A stretch of DNA of 64,000 nt from Scyliorhinus canicula. Taxonomy: Eukaryota. The position numbers were made by a program, and so were the translations under genes. The stretch is from the NCBI RefSeq assembly GCF_902713615.1, contig NC_052149.1, positions 63,229,443 to 63,293,442 on the forward strand. The letters run 5' to 3'. This document shows positions 50,717 through 63,319 of the stretch, piece after piece (the stretch's first letter is position 1; each line of letters begins with the position of its first letter). Below the pieces are notes generated by a model that had not been told where the DNA came from, did no database searches, and worked only from the letters and a program-made list of their open reading frames with translations.

Positions 50717-53700
50717 TTAGCAGGTTACAGGTTGAGCCGAATCGGCGGTCGAACGTTCCGCTGTGATCAGTGTAGCTGTGGTGGCGATGTTGGCACAGGC
50801 GGTGATGGCAACGATGGTGCAGGTGCTGGCGGTGTTGGTGCTGGCTGCTGGCAGGATGACTCCGAGAGCGAGCCGAAATCTCCCGTGTCCTCCTGTGTGG
50901 GCAGGGGGGTGAGGGATGGACCTGGTGGGGACGAATACGGGGGCACCGGGAAAAGGAGGGTGGCGCGGGGGGTAAAGGGGTGTGGGCATGGGATCGGCAC
51001 CTGAGGGAGCCAGGTCCCGGAGCGAGACCGTGTCCTGGCGGCCGACGGGGAACTCCACGTAGGCATACTGAGGGTTGGCGTGGAGTAGGTGTACTTTGTC
51101 CACCTGGGGTTCCGCCTTGTGGTGCCGGACATGCCTACGTAGAAGGACTGGGCCCGGAGTCGTGAGCCACGTCGGGAGCGACACCCCGGATGTAGACTTC
51201 CGAGGGAAGGCAAAAGCACGTTCATGGGGTGTACTGTTAGTCGCGGTGCACAGCAGTGACCGAATGGAATGGAGCGCATCAGGGAGGACCTGCTGCCAGC
51301 GAGCGGCTGGGAGGTTCCTGGACCGTAGGGCCAGCTGGACGGTCCTCCATACCATCCCTCTCTACATGCCCGTTTCCCCGGGGGTCGTAGCTGGTCGTCC
51401 TGCTTGAGGCGAGCAGGAACTGACGCAGCTCATCGCTCATGAACGAGGCTCCCCTGTCACTGTGGATGTAGTCGGGGAAACCGAACAGAGTGAAAATGGA
51501 ATCCAGGGCCTTGATGACGGTGGCAGACGTCATATCCGGGCATGGGATGGCGAAGGGGAACCTAGAAAATTCATCGACCACACTAAGGATGTAGGTGTTG
51601 TGGCCGGTGGAGGGGAGGGGCCATTTAAAATCCACGCTGAGGCGTTCAAAGGGGCGGGACGCTTTCACCAGGTGCGCATGATCTGGCCAGTAGAAGTGCG
51701 GCTTGCACTCGGCACAGATCTGGCAGTCTCTGGTGACTGTCCGTACTTCCTCGACGGAGTAGGGCAGATTGCGGGCTTTGATTAGATGGTACAAGCGAGT
51801 GACCCCGGATGGCAAAGGCTCTCGTGCAAGGCACGGAGCTGGTTCACTTGTGCGCTGGCACGTGTACCTCGGAAGAGGGCGTCTGGGGGATCGTTGAGCT
51901 TGCCGGGGCGACACAAGATCTTGCAGTTAAAGGTGGAGAGCTCGATTCTCCACCGCAAGATTTTGTCATTCTTGATCTTGCCCCGCTGCGTGTTGTTGAA
52001 CATGAAGGCTACCACTGACGTTGGTCAGTGAGGAGAGTGAATCTCCTGCCGGCCAGGTAATTCCTCCAGTGCCACACCGCTTCAACGATTGCCTGGGCCT
52101 CATTTTCAACAGAGGAATGTCGAATTTCGGAGGCATGGAGGGTGCATGAAAAGAATGCCTCGGCAAGGGCGACATCTGAAGCGTCGCTTTCTACTTGAAA
52201 AGGCAGTGTCTCATCTACTGCGTGCATCCTGGCCTTGGCTATGTCAGATCGAATGCGGGCGAAGGCCTGTTGTGCCTCGGCCGTGAGGAGAAAATGTGTG
52301 GACTGGATATGTGGGCGGGCCTTGTCCGCGTATTGTGGGACCCACTGGGCGTAATAAGAAAAGAACCCCAGGCAGCGTTTGAGGGCCTTGGGGCAGTGGG
52401 GGAGTGGAAGCTCCATGAGGGGGCGCATGCGGTCGGGGTCGGGCCCCAGTAGTCCGTTTTGGATTACGTAGCCGAGGATGGCTAAGCGGTCTGTTCGGAA
52501 CACGCACTTCTCCTTGTTGTACGTGAGATTAAGGAGAGATGCGGTGTGGAGGAATTTAGAAAGGTTGGAGTCATGGTCCTACTGGTCATGGCCGCAGATG
52601 GTGACATTGTCGAGGTACGGGAAGGTGGCCTGCAGTCCGTACCGGTCAACCATTCAGTCCATTTCTCGTTGAAATACCGAGACTCCATTCGTGAGGCCGA
52701 AGGGAACCCTAAGAAATTGGTACAGACGACCGTCTGCCTCGAAGGCAGTGTCGGGACGGTCCGATTTACGGATGGGGAGCTGGTGGTAGGCGGATTTCAG
52801 GTCAATAGTAGAGAAGACCCGGTACTGTGCAATCTGATTGACCCTATCAGATATGCGGGGGAGAGGGTATGCTTTGAGCTGCGTGTACCTGTTGATGGTC
52901 TAGCTGTAGTCCACGACCATCCTGTGCTTCGCCCCGGTCTTAACCACTACCACCTGGGCTCTCCAAGGACTGTTGCAGGCCTCGATGATACCCTCCTGAA
53001 GCAGCCGCTGGACTTCGGACCTGATGAAGGCCTTGTCGTGGGTGCTGTACCGTCTGCTCCTGGTGGCGACGGGCTTGCAATCTGCGGTCAGATTGGCAAA
53101 GAGTGAGGGAGGCTCGACCTTGAGGGTCGCAAGGCAGCAAACAGTGAGGGGAGGTAGGGGTCCGCCGAATTTGAGGGTGAGGCTCTGGAGATTGCATTGG
53201 AAATCCAGGCCTAGTAAGAGTGACGCGCAGAGGTTGGGGAGAATGTACAGATGGAAATGGTCGAATTCCACGCCCTGTACAGTAAGTTTAACCAGGCAGA
53301 AACCCCGGATCGGGACAGAGTGGGAACCGGATGCGACAGAGATCTGCCGGTTGGTGGGATGGACCGCAAGGGAATAGTGCCTTACCGTGTCCGGGTGGAC
53401 AAAGCTCCCGGTGCTCCCGGAGTCGATGAGGCAGGAGGTCACGTGGCCATTGACCAGCACCGTTGTGGAAGAGGGTGCCAGGTTGCGAGGACGCGACTGG
53501 TCGAGCGTCACGGAGGCGAGTAGCGGGCGATCGGCAGTCGAGTCTGATGAGTCCAACGAGTAGCGGTAGCGACCCGTGTCCCATGGCACCGTCCCGGGGG
53601 AGTGCAAAATGGAGGCGTCTGGAGTACCTGTGTGGGAGAAGATGGCGGCAGACAAGATTGTGGCGCCAATGGAGCGCAGGTTGTGGGGTCGGGACAAGAT

Positions 53701-54654
53701 GGCGGAGCCCATGGAACGCACATGGCGGTGGGGGATGAAGATGGCGGCGCCCATGGAGCGCATGTGGTGGGGGCGGCGAAAGATGGCGGCACCCACTGAT
53801 TGCACGTGGGGTCGGGGAAAGCGGACGGCAGTGCCATTTTGCGATCGGTTGAGGCGAGGGGGGGAACGGGGGCGCAATAGCGGCAACCGTCCGGGACTTA
53901 CACACCGCTGCAAAGTGGCCTTTCTTGCCACAAGCTTTGCAGGTCGCGGTGCAGGCCGGGCAGCGTTGGCAGGGGTGCTTCTGCTGACCGCAGAAGTAAC
54001 AGCGGGGACCCCCAGGGAGCGCGGTGCGGCGAGCAGCACAGGAGTACTGTGCGGGGCGGCTGCTGGGGGGGCCGGTTGCGGGGTCCACGAGGGGTAGGAC
54101 TGGTGGGCCGAGTGGCTAGCGGAGTAAGATCGCGCACTACGGGAGGCGGCCATCATTGAAAGTGGCAGAGTCTTTGTGGCCGCGAGGTCGAGGGCAGCCC
54201 CTTCCAGCAGTCGTTGCCGGATGGGGTCCGATTCAATGCCTGTAACAAAGGCATCGCGCATGAATAAATCAGAGTGTTCTGTGGCTGTGAGGGGCCGTCA
54301 GTCGCAGTCTCGTACCAGAGGTATAAGGGCCTTCCAGAAGTCCTCAATCGACTCACCCGGCTGCTGGACGCGAGTAGAGAGTAGATGTCTCGCAAACAGG
54401 GTGTTCGTCGACTGTGCATAGTTCTCCTTGAGCAGTTCCATAGCTCTGGCGTAGTCAGGCGCATCTCGAATTAGCGGAAAGACACTGGAGCTAAGTCTTG
54501 AGTACAGGAGTTGTCTTTATTGAGCCTCCGTAGGGGGAGGGTCCGCTGAAGAGATGTAGGCCTCGAAGACTGCAAGCCAGTGAACGAAGTATTTCGTGGC
54601 GTGAGGCGACTGTGGATCCAGCTGCAGACGGTCAGGCTTGATCCTGATGTCCAT
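50717..54654 (-). pseudogene. gag-pol of the Gypsy element (gag CCHC, protease, RT, RNase H, integrase), frameshifted
   Basis: ATG 54654 MDIRIKPDRL; CKACGKKGHFAAVC; LIDSGST; YLDNVTI; VESDASD; HESLCHPG...CQICAEC, SVDFK, HSDRGASF. Confidence 0.92.
53639..53835. repeat. 42-bp tandem repeat between gag CCHC and protease
   Basis: aagat(ggc/tgt)gg at 53654, 53696, 53738, 53780; encodes xxCxPWAPPS repeats. Confidence 0.85.
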
Positions 54655-55514
54655 GGTGTAAGGAAAATCACACAGCAATAAATTGTGGCGCTAACAATTG
54701 CACACAAAGACTCGAGACATGTACAATCGAGGCTTTATTGCTGTGTGATGCTATTCCTCCGGCGGCAACTGTAGACTAGGATCTCAGTGACTCACACGCA
54801 TATTTATACACACAAGGTCCCTGTGGGCGGAGCTAGCTGGCAGGGGCTTACCGGAGGAACCTGTATTACAGGTACAGCCATACATCCCCCTACTGCAAGT
54901 ACACATCACTACAGTGGTTATATCACCACAGCCCTAAGTTCACAGTGGACAGTCAGCGGCATGCACAACTGCGTGGCTGCCTTGCCGACTGCAGCAATGA
55001 TGTTCTGTGCCGTCCACCCCACCCCCACAGCCCACCCCCTGATCACCCACCCGCTATTCTCCCCTGCCCTGGCAGAAGCCCCCCCCCCCCCCTCCCCCCC
55101 ACCACCAGCGGCACAACTGTCAGCAAACTATGCCGTGTTCGATTCCTTCATGAATTGTGAAAGCACAAGTGAACTATGCCATTGGGAACTCTGCCCACCG
55201 GACGCAAAGCATTGCCTCGGCCCCAGAGTATACCAGGACAGGCCACTAATGTCATGCAAACAGTGTTTACTGTACATGCGTTCCAAACCGCATTGACACT
55301 GCTGGCGATGTGATGGAGAATTGCAAATTGTTGTCAAATCTGCGCCCGCTGCATATTTAGCGTCAAAACCTATTCTCCACCCAATCGCATTTCGCGATTT
55401 TGGTGTCAGCCAACAGAGAATCGAGCCCCACATGTTTGCCTAAGTCAATTTGTCAGCATTAACCAATACCAAAACCAGGCGAACTGGTCAGTCTTCCCTT
55501 AAAGTAGTTGTGGA

Positions 55515-56770
55515 TTCTTGTTTTATTTTTTTGAAAAGTATTTCATTGGAGGCATTTTCAAACATAAACATAACAAAGAAGAAAATCAGAAATTAACCCT
55601 GGCAGCAACAGACAGCCACAACATTACGCACCCTGCAGAAATCTTCCCCCACTCTGCCTGCCACCACCCCGACTCCTGCTCGCCCTGTTTAACTTTTAAC
55701 CCAGACCGCCAGCTCCAACACAAAGTGAAGCCCTCCCCCTGCCTGCTGATGACTCAATACTCCGTAAAGAAGTCAATAACAGCTTTCACCTCGAGGTAAA
55801 CTGCTCCTCTGCACCTCTGATGGCGAACTTGATTTTCTCCAAGTACAGGACCCCCTCACTGGTGACCCCGAGTCCTGCCAGCTTAACAAAATCAGTCTCG
55901 GGGCTATCAAGGAGGCAAAGGCCAACACATCGGCTTCTCTCCTCATCTGCACCCGGATCCTCCAACACTCCAAACATTGCCACCTCCGGACTCGGAGCTT
56001 CTCTTACCACTACAATGTTTGACATTATATTCTATTCAAACCTCCCACCCCCCACAACCTCAGACAAATGCAAAACATATGGACATGGTTCGTCGGCCTC
56101 CCTATACACCGCTCACACCTATCCTCCAGCCCTGATAAAAAACCGACTCATCCTGGACACCGTCATGTGGGCCCTGTGTACAACTTTGAACTGGATGAGA
56201 CTTAGTTTTGCGCACGACAGGGATGCATTAGCCCTCTGCAAAGCCTCATTCCACACTCCAGCCGCCAAAGCCCTACCCAGCTCGTCTTACCATTTACAGC
56301 TAACCTCCTCCAACGGGGCTCTCTCTATCCTCAACAACTCCCCGTATATATCTGACACCCTGCCCTCTCTTATCTTGCCTCCTCGGACAGGAGTTTGTCC
56401 TGCCGTGCCAGGTGTAGAAGTGCCTGAAACAAAAGCACCTCTTTCCTCATGAAGTCCCTAACCTGCAGATACCTGAACCCATTCCCCTCCGGCAACTAGT
56501 GTGCCCCAACCATTTCCTCCAAATCTGCAATTTCCCTCCAACAAACAAATCCATAGAATATTCTATTCCCACCTGCCACCATCCCCGGAACCTCGTATCC
56601 AATCATGCCGGGGCAAACCTATGATTGTCGCAAAGTGCCAAATTCAACTTGTGCAGTTGGGCCCAGTTCCGTGCCACTTGTATCCCAAGGTTACGAAACT
56701 CACCGCTACCTGCCAAAGCGGTAGCCTCCTAAACGCCTCCGCAGCCCCTGGGCATTCTGTGAGATCTTGT
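55515..56770 (-). mobile_element. L1-clade LINE ORF2 3' fragment
   Basis: LIQFKVVHRAHMT.SRMSRFF, HMF..C, LAFASLIA.RLILLSW; A-rich tail; possible TSD tcttgtt. Confidence 0.75.
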
Positions 56771-57599
56771 TGCATATTAAATGGCTGCTGATTTTGTCTG
56801 CATAAGAAATGTTTCTGAAGGATGTGGTAAGGTGCCAAATGAATATAACTTTTTTTTCTTTTACTGTGAAGATGTATACATTTGCATACAATAGGGCCTC
56901 TAGCGGCAGTCAATGCAACCCCCTCCTCAGGTGCTTCTTGGCGCCTCCAGAAGCATATATGTTGCTTCTGGCACTGTCTTTCCAGGCTCAGTTTAAATAC
57001 ACAAAACTAGTTAACAACTAGAAGAGAACTCATGCTCAACATTATGTTGGAAGGAAGAGTATAAAAATCTGCCAAAAAAATCAGTAAATTACAAGCCATT
57101 TTCCAGGAAGCACGGACTTTATATTTTCGTGCAAGAACTTAATTTAAAAAGGGGAAATTAGAAGAAATCTGAATTGTTCTTCATGGTCAAAATGCCTAGG
57201 TTACTGTTCTCCCTTCCCCCAAAATGAGTTTTCAAATCAAAAAGGATGTAGAAAAATGCAGGAAGTGAACTACTGACCTCAACAATTTGAAAGGTTGAAT
57301 ACTATGCAAAAGAAGCCTGGGTTAAAATTCCACAACAAAAGCATCTTTAATAAAGCACCTCAAAGTGCTTCACAGAAACATTACAAAACAAAATATTATC
57401 CCGAGCCACAGAAAGAGATATTCGGCCAGGTGACTGAAGGTTTTGTTAAAGAGGTAGAGAATGTCTTAAAGGATTAAATCAAATTTGAAAGATTAGGGTT
57501 AGGATTAGGGAGGGAACATCAGAGCATGGTGCTTAATCAACAGAAACCATGGCCACACCCCTTAAGACAAAAGATCGGTGAAGGTAATATTTATCTTCA

Positions 57600-58164
57600 G
57601 GTATTAAACATGACCGTTGCGTTTTTCAGGCTTCTTCGCCGTAGGTGCAAATTTGCATATTCAAATGTATCGGCACTTCAGGGGGATTCTCCCAGGAGAT
57701 CGGGGGTCCCGAGGTGGTTAGGCTCTTGGAAGGGTAGTACCCTGACTTCCCCAATGCCACCCGGGCACCCAGGCACTGCCAGTCTGGCACTCTGGCAATG
57801 TCACCTGGGTACCACCTTGGCACTTCCAGGGTCACTGTCAGAGCATTGCCAGCCTGGCAGTGCCTGAGTGGCATTTTGCCTATGCCCGGGATCGAGTTCG
57901 GGGGTGCCCTGCCCTTATGAGGCAGAGTGCAGGGGACTCAATAACCCCTTTATAGGTGAGTTGGGGTGGTCCTGAGGATGCGGTGGGAGGTCATTTAAAA
58001 ATAGCGCCCCGCTCGAGGATTGAGTGAAGCCTAGGCTGGGCGTTTCTCGTCGTGGCCCCGGAATGAAGCAGAGTCCCATTGATAGTGGGGTCGTCCTCGA
58101 CACTGCCTGTGCTGGGAAACATGCTCGACACAGGACTCTGTTTCATATCCATTAAATTGTGCCC
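57600..58164. mobile_element. Harbinger-like MITE, second family, partial
   Basis: TGGCA/TGCCA core; right terminus aaattgtgccc. Confidence 0.55.
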
Positions 58165-58220
58165 AAAGTATCAGAAGATCTGCACTGAAACGTGGCTCTG
58201 TTTCTGGAACGAAATATGTG

Positions 58221-58987
58221 TGGCCGGATTCTCCGTTCCTGAGTCTAAGTGCTGACGCCAACGGAGAATCTGTGGACTTTTACATCGGAAAAATCAGCGC
58301 CACACATGCATCATTCTGCTACCGGTGAGGGGCTATCACCGGCGCCGTGTGGAACACCCTGGAAACCCCGAAAACGGTGCAGGAATCGCCGGTCCGTGAT
58401 GGACACTTGCAGGGCTGACAAGCTGCAGCCGCCCTTTATTTAATACACCCCTTCCAGCCACATACTGATCGGGGCCAAAAAGATGGGACAGGTTGTGCTG
58501 GAGTGCCCATACAGGTAATGGGTCGGCTGGGGCCAGTAGACACCCAGGGGGGTGCCCTGGGGTGTCACCTATACGATCCAGGGCACCAAGTTTACTATGG
58601 GCTGTTAGCGGCATGCGCAGCCCCATGGCTGCCTTGCCGTTTGAGGTAATGGTGTTGCGTATTCGTCTACCCCAATCCCACAGCCCACCTCCTGGCCACC
58701 ACCACCCCACCCGCCCGGCCTTGGCAGAAGCCCCCCGGCCAGTGGCACGGCTGTCGCCGAAGGATGGCGGTGCTGGACACTGTGTATATGTCCTCTCTCT
58801 CTCTCACCAGCCACCATGCCAGGTTCACAATTTGTAAGAGCACACGTGAACCACGCCATCGGGCACTCGGCCCATCGGAGGCGGAGCATGGTGATTCGGT
58901 GTCGAACTGGCGCCTGCCGTGATTTCAGCCTCAGGAGCTATTCTCCGTCTGAACTATTTTGGCGTCGGCCAACGGAGAATCCTGCCT
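58221..58987. mobile_element. Harbinger-derived MITE, uninterrupted relative of 1560-3389
   Basis: TIRs ggccggattctcc / ggagaatcctgcc; colinear similarity. Confidence 0.85.
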
Positions 58988-59062
58988 GTTGGTTTTCAGT
59001 CAGAATCTCATCCTTTTTTGGGGGGGAAATTCCGCCCTGCAACTTTGATTTGCAGAAATCAA

Positions 59063-59434
59063 GGGCGGGATTCTCTCAGCCTGGGGCCGGGCCGGAGAAT
59101 CCCCGCGACCGGCGCAAATCGCGCCAGGCTGCCCTCCTTTCTTCCGTGCTGGCCCCTGTAGCCCTGCGCTATGTTGCGCCGGGGCCGGCGTGTTGAAGGC
59201 AGCCACTGCGCATGTGCAGGGCTACAGGGGCTACACTGTGCAGCATCCAGTTCACGCCGGATCAGCAGCTGGTGCAGCGTGAACCGCTCCAGTGCCATGC
59301 GGGGGCCAGAAGGGTGCAGGGCACCCCCGAACTCGATCCCGGGCATAGGCCAGAATTGCTGATCCTGGGGCCGTGTTTGCGCCGGCATTTCCGACGGCGT
59401 CAACACTTAGCCTCAGGATCACAGAATCCTGCCC
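59063..59434. mobile_element. Harbinger-type MITE
   Basis: TIRs gggcgggattct / agaatcctgccc; TSD CAA. Confidence 0.85.
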
Positions 59435-60170
59435 CAAAATTCTGCTCTGGTGGTGTTCTTGCAGCAGATGGGAACACATGACATTTCCCCTTGCTGAGGC
59501 AGGTCCACCGAAGGCAGATTACTACAGTCATATCGCAGATGACATGGGGAAGAGAAGCTTATACCATCAGCCTCTGGCAAAGTACTGTTTGTTACAGTTC
59601 TCTCCAGGTACTGGGGTGCAGGTGCAATGGGAGGGGCTAAGCAGCTTGGCATTATTTTGTTGGTTCACTTTTCCACCAGTCATGTCGGCCTAACAGCTTC
59701 CTGGTGAAAAACCTACTTGTGTCAATAAGGGGAGCTCAGGCAATAACTGCACCTGACACCATGAAAGCCTAAGTGCCAGTTACAGATAACAAAACAAAAA
59801 TTATAAGATGGGTCTTCTGAGAGGCCGAAAGTGCCTGCCTTTAGAATATGTGGATCTTTTAAAGGCTGCCCACTTGCAGGTCTGCCTTGAACCTATCTGT
59901 GTTTTTGAGTTTGTTCGAAATTCGGGGTTAATTTTGGATCTTTAGATCTGTGTCGCTGCTACATATCCCACCTCAAACCACCATTGGGAATAGCAAACCA
60001 AGCAAATTAAAGCCTTTTTTAATCAGAGAGAAAAAAAATCTCAGCTACACATTATAAACTTAGAGGGGAAAAACAGATATATAACATTTTTTTCACCATA
60101 AAGAAGGCTTTTAATGGCTATGTGAGAAGTAAAAGTCATATTTAAGATTTTGATCAAAAGCAGCGAAGTA

Positions 60171-60397
60171 GGGCAGCACGGTGGCACAGTGGTTAGCATT
60201 GTTGCACACGGCGCTGAGGACCCGTGTTCGAATCCTGGCCCTGTGTCCCTGTCCGTGAGGAGTTTGCACATTCTCCCCGTGTCTGCGTGGGTTTCACCCC
60301 CACAACCCAAAAGATGTGCAGGATAGGTAGATTGGCCACGCTAAATTGCCACCTTAATTGGAAAAAATAATTGGGTAGTCTAAATTTCTTTAAAAAA
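60171..60397 (+). mobile_element. V-SINE (A-tailed type), full length
   Basis: tRNA head, V core, A tail, degenerate TSD. Confidence 0.9.
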
Positions 60398-61204
60398 CAG
60401 CAAGTTAATAGAGGGACTAAAGGATGACTCAGGAAACTGCTTTATTGACTTTTGACACATTTAGTAGTTTTAATATTACCTTAATAGTACAGTGTATTAT
60501 CTTCAAACAAACATGGAAATGGGATTTATCTTGTACCAGTGAGCAATGTGGTTAGTTTTGCAAAATAAAGTGTTAGTTCTCCCTAAATTTTAAAAATATT
60601 GACTGGTACAGTGGTATCAATAGACACACTGAGGAAATTATTCTGTGCTCAATGGGTACCAGACAATGTTTTGGATGAATCAATCAATTATGTTTATCTA
60701 CTTGCAACCAGAGCGTCGCATGTTTACTACTCTGCTCTCACAGGCTGAAGCTATTATTAGGAATACTGAGAGGAGCAGCCCAGCTAATTATAAGTGCAAA
60801 GCACATCAATGATATGAAACAGTTTTGTTTGGGCGCCAGTCCAGACAATCCTCGTGAGCAGGGACCAGACCACCAGCTCTGAATACTGGATAGACGTCAA
60901 GCAAGGAATCTTCTGTTGAATAGGGTTGTGGACGACCAAGCCCGCCCTCATGATAAAGGATAAGTAGGACTCTTTAACACCAGTGGAAGCCCATCTCGGA
61001 AAAGATACTCCAGAGATGAAAACCATGCAGTAGGAAATGGGAAACTACCTCAGATATGTTTCGCAAGTGAGTGGCTTAAGAATCTTAAGCATAAATTATG
61101 AGGTGGAATCTGTCCATGAGGGGTTACATTAGATAGACCAAACTTGAGCATGAAAGAAAGTAGAGAATAGAGAAAGAAGTGTTGGCGGTAAAACCTCAAT
61201 TATA

Positions 61205-61512
61205 CACAGCGGCAGAGACCTGGGTTCAATTCTGGCCTTGGGTGACTGTGTGGAGTTTGCACATTCTCCCTGTGTCTACATAGGTTTCCTCCGGGTGTTC
61301 TGGTTTCCTCCCACAGTTCAAAGATATGCAAGTTAGGTGGAATGGCCATAATAAATTTCCCCTTAGTGTCCAAAGATGTGGGGTTATTGGGTTACGTGGG
61401 TAGGGCGAAGGAGTGGACCTAGGTGGGGTGCTCTTTCAGTGGGATGGTGCAGACATGATGGGCTGAATGTCCTCCTTTGGTACTGTGGCAATTCTATGAA
61501 ATCTATTCTATG
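61205..61512 (+). mobile_element. HE1-type V-SINE
   Basis: V core and CR1-like tail. Confidence 0.85.
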
Positions 61513-62437
61513 AAATACTTGTGCCAGATAATGCTATATACCAAGATCATATGTATATGAGAAAGAGATGGGGGATTAAAGCTGGATAAAAATTCACTTG
61601 CATGATTTGGTGTCATAATTCAAACTTCCTTTCGCCAGCCTGGGGTCTTGGACTAGCTAACCATTTTTACTAAACTGTAAAAGGTTTTGCCTAATCCCAT
61701 TGTAATAAATTGTAGATCTTTATCCAAGCGATACGCAGATGTCACAGTGACTGAACCGGTGCCAATTCGCATTCAGCAAACAGAATACTTGCCAACAGTA
61801 AGCTGGGACAGACAATGTTAATGTTGTTGCTTCGCAAGCTGGTTTGAGAATCTAGGCCTGGGACTAAATGAAGCGTTAAATGGGGGTCCACTGTGCAGTA
61901 ACTCTTTGAAAAAGATTTTTAATTGAGTCCAAATTTCTCATGTTTAAAACATATGTTTGGTAATGACTTTAGTTATTTTTAATGTGAAGTACTTTTCACT
62001 AACATTAAACAGCTGTGAAGGGAATCTGATGCCACGTTTAGATATTTCATCAAAACATTGAAACCATAAATATCGACAATATGGAACCAAAACTATTATG
62101 GTGGATGTTTGCTCCTCTGCATTTTACCATCCAAAGTATGATTCCCATCTGGATATCCTGTGTGGTTACAAATCACACATGGGGCCAGATATTCACACTC
62201 CCGCAGGGTCGAGGCCTGGTGTAGAGGTAGTTTCAAAATCGCGCTACCCAAGGTACGGGCCGTTTGGAATTTTCAAAGGGCCAGTGGTGGTCAGGGAGTG
62301 GGGAACCTACTAGCCACCAATTCAAGGTCCATTAGCTCATTAAGGACATGTCTGGTGGAGAATTCAATTTTTAATCCTTATTTTGGCAAAAGAAAAACCC
62401 AAATCCTTCCAGCCTCAGTCAATATTCTGAAGTTATG

Positions 62438-63122
62438 GGGCGGGATTCTCCGACCCCCCGTCAAGCCGGAGAATCACCGGGGGATGGCGTGAATCCCGCC
62501 CCGCGCCAGCTGTCAGATTCTCCGACGCCGGTATTTCAGCGGGGGCGGGAATTGCGTCGCGCCGGTCGGGGGCCGTTGGCAGCGCCCCCCCCCCCCCCGG
62601 CGATTCTCCGCTCCGCGATGGGCCGAGTGGCCACCCGTTTTTGGCTGGTCCCGCCAGCGAAATCAAACCAGGTCTATACCGGCGGGACCTGGCTCTGTGG
62701 GCAGCCTGCGGAGTCCTCAGGGGAGCGCAGGGGAATCTGGCCCCGGGGAGGGGTGGGCCCAAGTGGCCTGGCCCGTGAACGGGGCCCACCGATTCGCGGG
62801 CGGGCCTGTGCCGTGGAGGCACTCTATCCCTCCGCGCTGACATGTGTAATGGTCCGCCATGGCCGGCGTGGAGAAGAACCCCCCTGCGCATGCACTGGGA
62901 TGATGCCAGTACACATTAGCGCTCCCGCGCATGCGCCAACTCGCGTCAGCCGGCAGAGGCCCTTCGGCATCGGTTGGCGTGGCACCAAACCTGCCGCTGC
63001 CGGCCTAGCCCCTGAAGGTGCGGAGGATTCCGCACCTTCCAGGCGGCCCGATGCTGGAGTGGTTCACGCTACTCCTCGGCATCGGTACGGCCCGCCCTGC
63101 CGGTTAGGGGAGAATCCCGGCC
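62438..63122. mobile_element. Harbinger-type MITE, CpG-rich and probably young
   Basis: TIRs gggcgggattctcc / ggagaatcccggcc; TSD ATG. Confidence 0.9.
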
Positions 63123-63319
63123 ATGATGCTCTTCATTCGGAATCACCCTGGTCAATGAACAATAACAATCTAATAGACTGTGCATCTCAGGCTACAATTA
63201 TAGAACTAATTTATTTAAAAAGCTTAAGCAAGACCAAACTCAGACTTTTCTTCTAGATTTACAGAATTTCACCTTTTCTGTTTCTATTTCAAAAACAAAA
63301 AGTCTCATTGTGGAACGAA

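Larger units (their letters stand above)
50362..54930 (-). mobile_element. Gypsy/Ty3 LTR retrotransposon, structurally complete
   Basis: 247-bp LTRs at 54684-54930 (5') and 50362-50608 (3'), about 11 differences by hand count; perfect TSD GCCCT; PPT agggggtgaa. Confidence 0.95.
50036..55428. mobile_element. Harbinger-derived MITE (about 820 bp) split by a Gypsy insertion
   Basis: TIRs gggcatgattatct / agagaatcgagccc; TSD CAC. Confidence 0.8.

Noticed and set aside
53639-53835. CRISPR-like repeat-spacer array
   Set aside because: Units are similar along their whole length, in frame within gag, eukaryotic context, no cas genes
52900-54261. 453-aa ORF as an intact gag-protease
   Set aside because: The zinc knuckle lies in another frame (53288-54088) and the WAPPS repeat in a third, so the ORF appears to be open only through compensating frameshifts
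55820-56452. 210-aa plus-strand ORF
   Set aside because: Antisense shadow of an L1 ORF2 fragment
62435-63256. 273-aa ORF
   Set aside because: Lies in a GC-rich, stop-poor MITE with overlapping ORFs on both strands; other Pro/Gly/Arg-rich ORFs are rejected for the same reason
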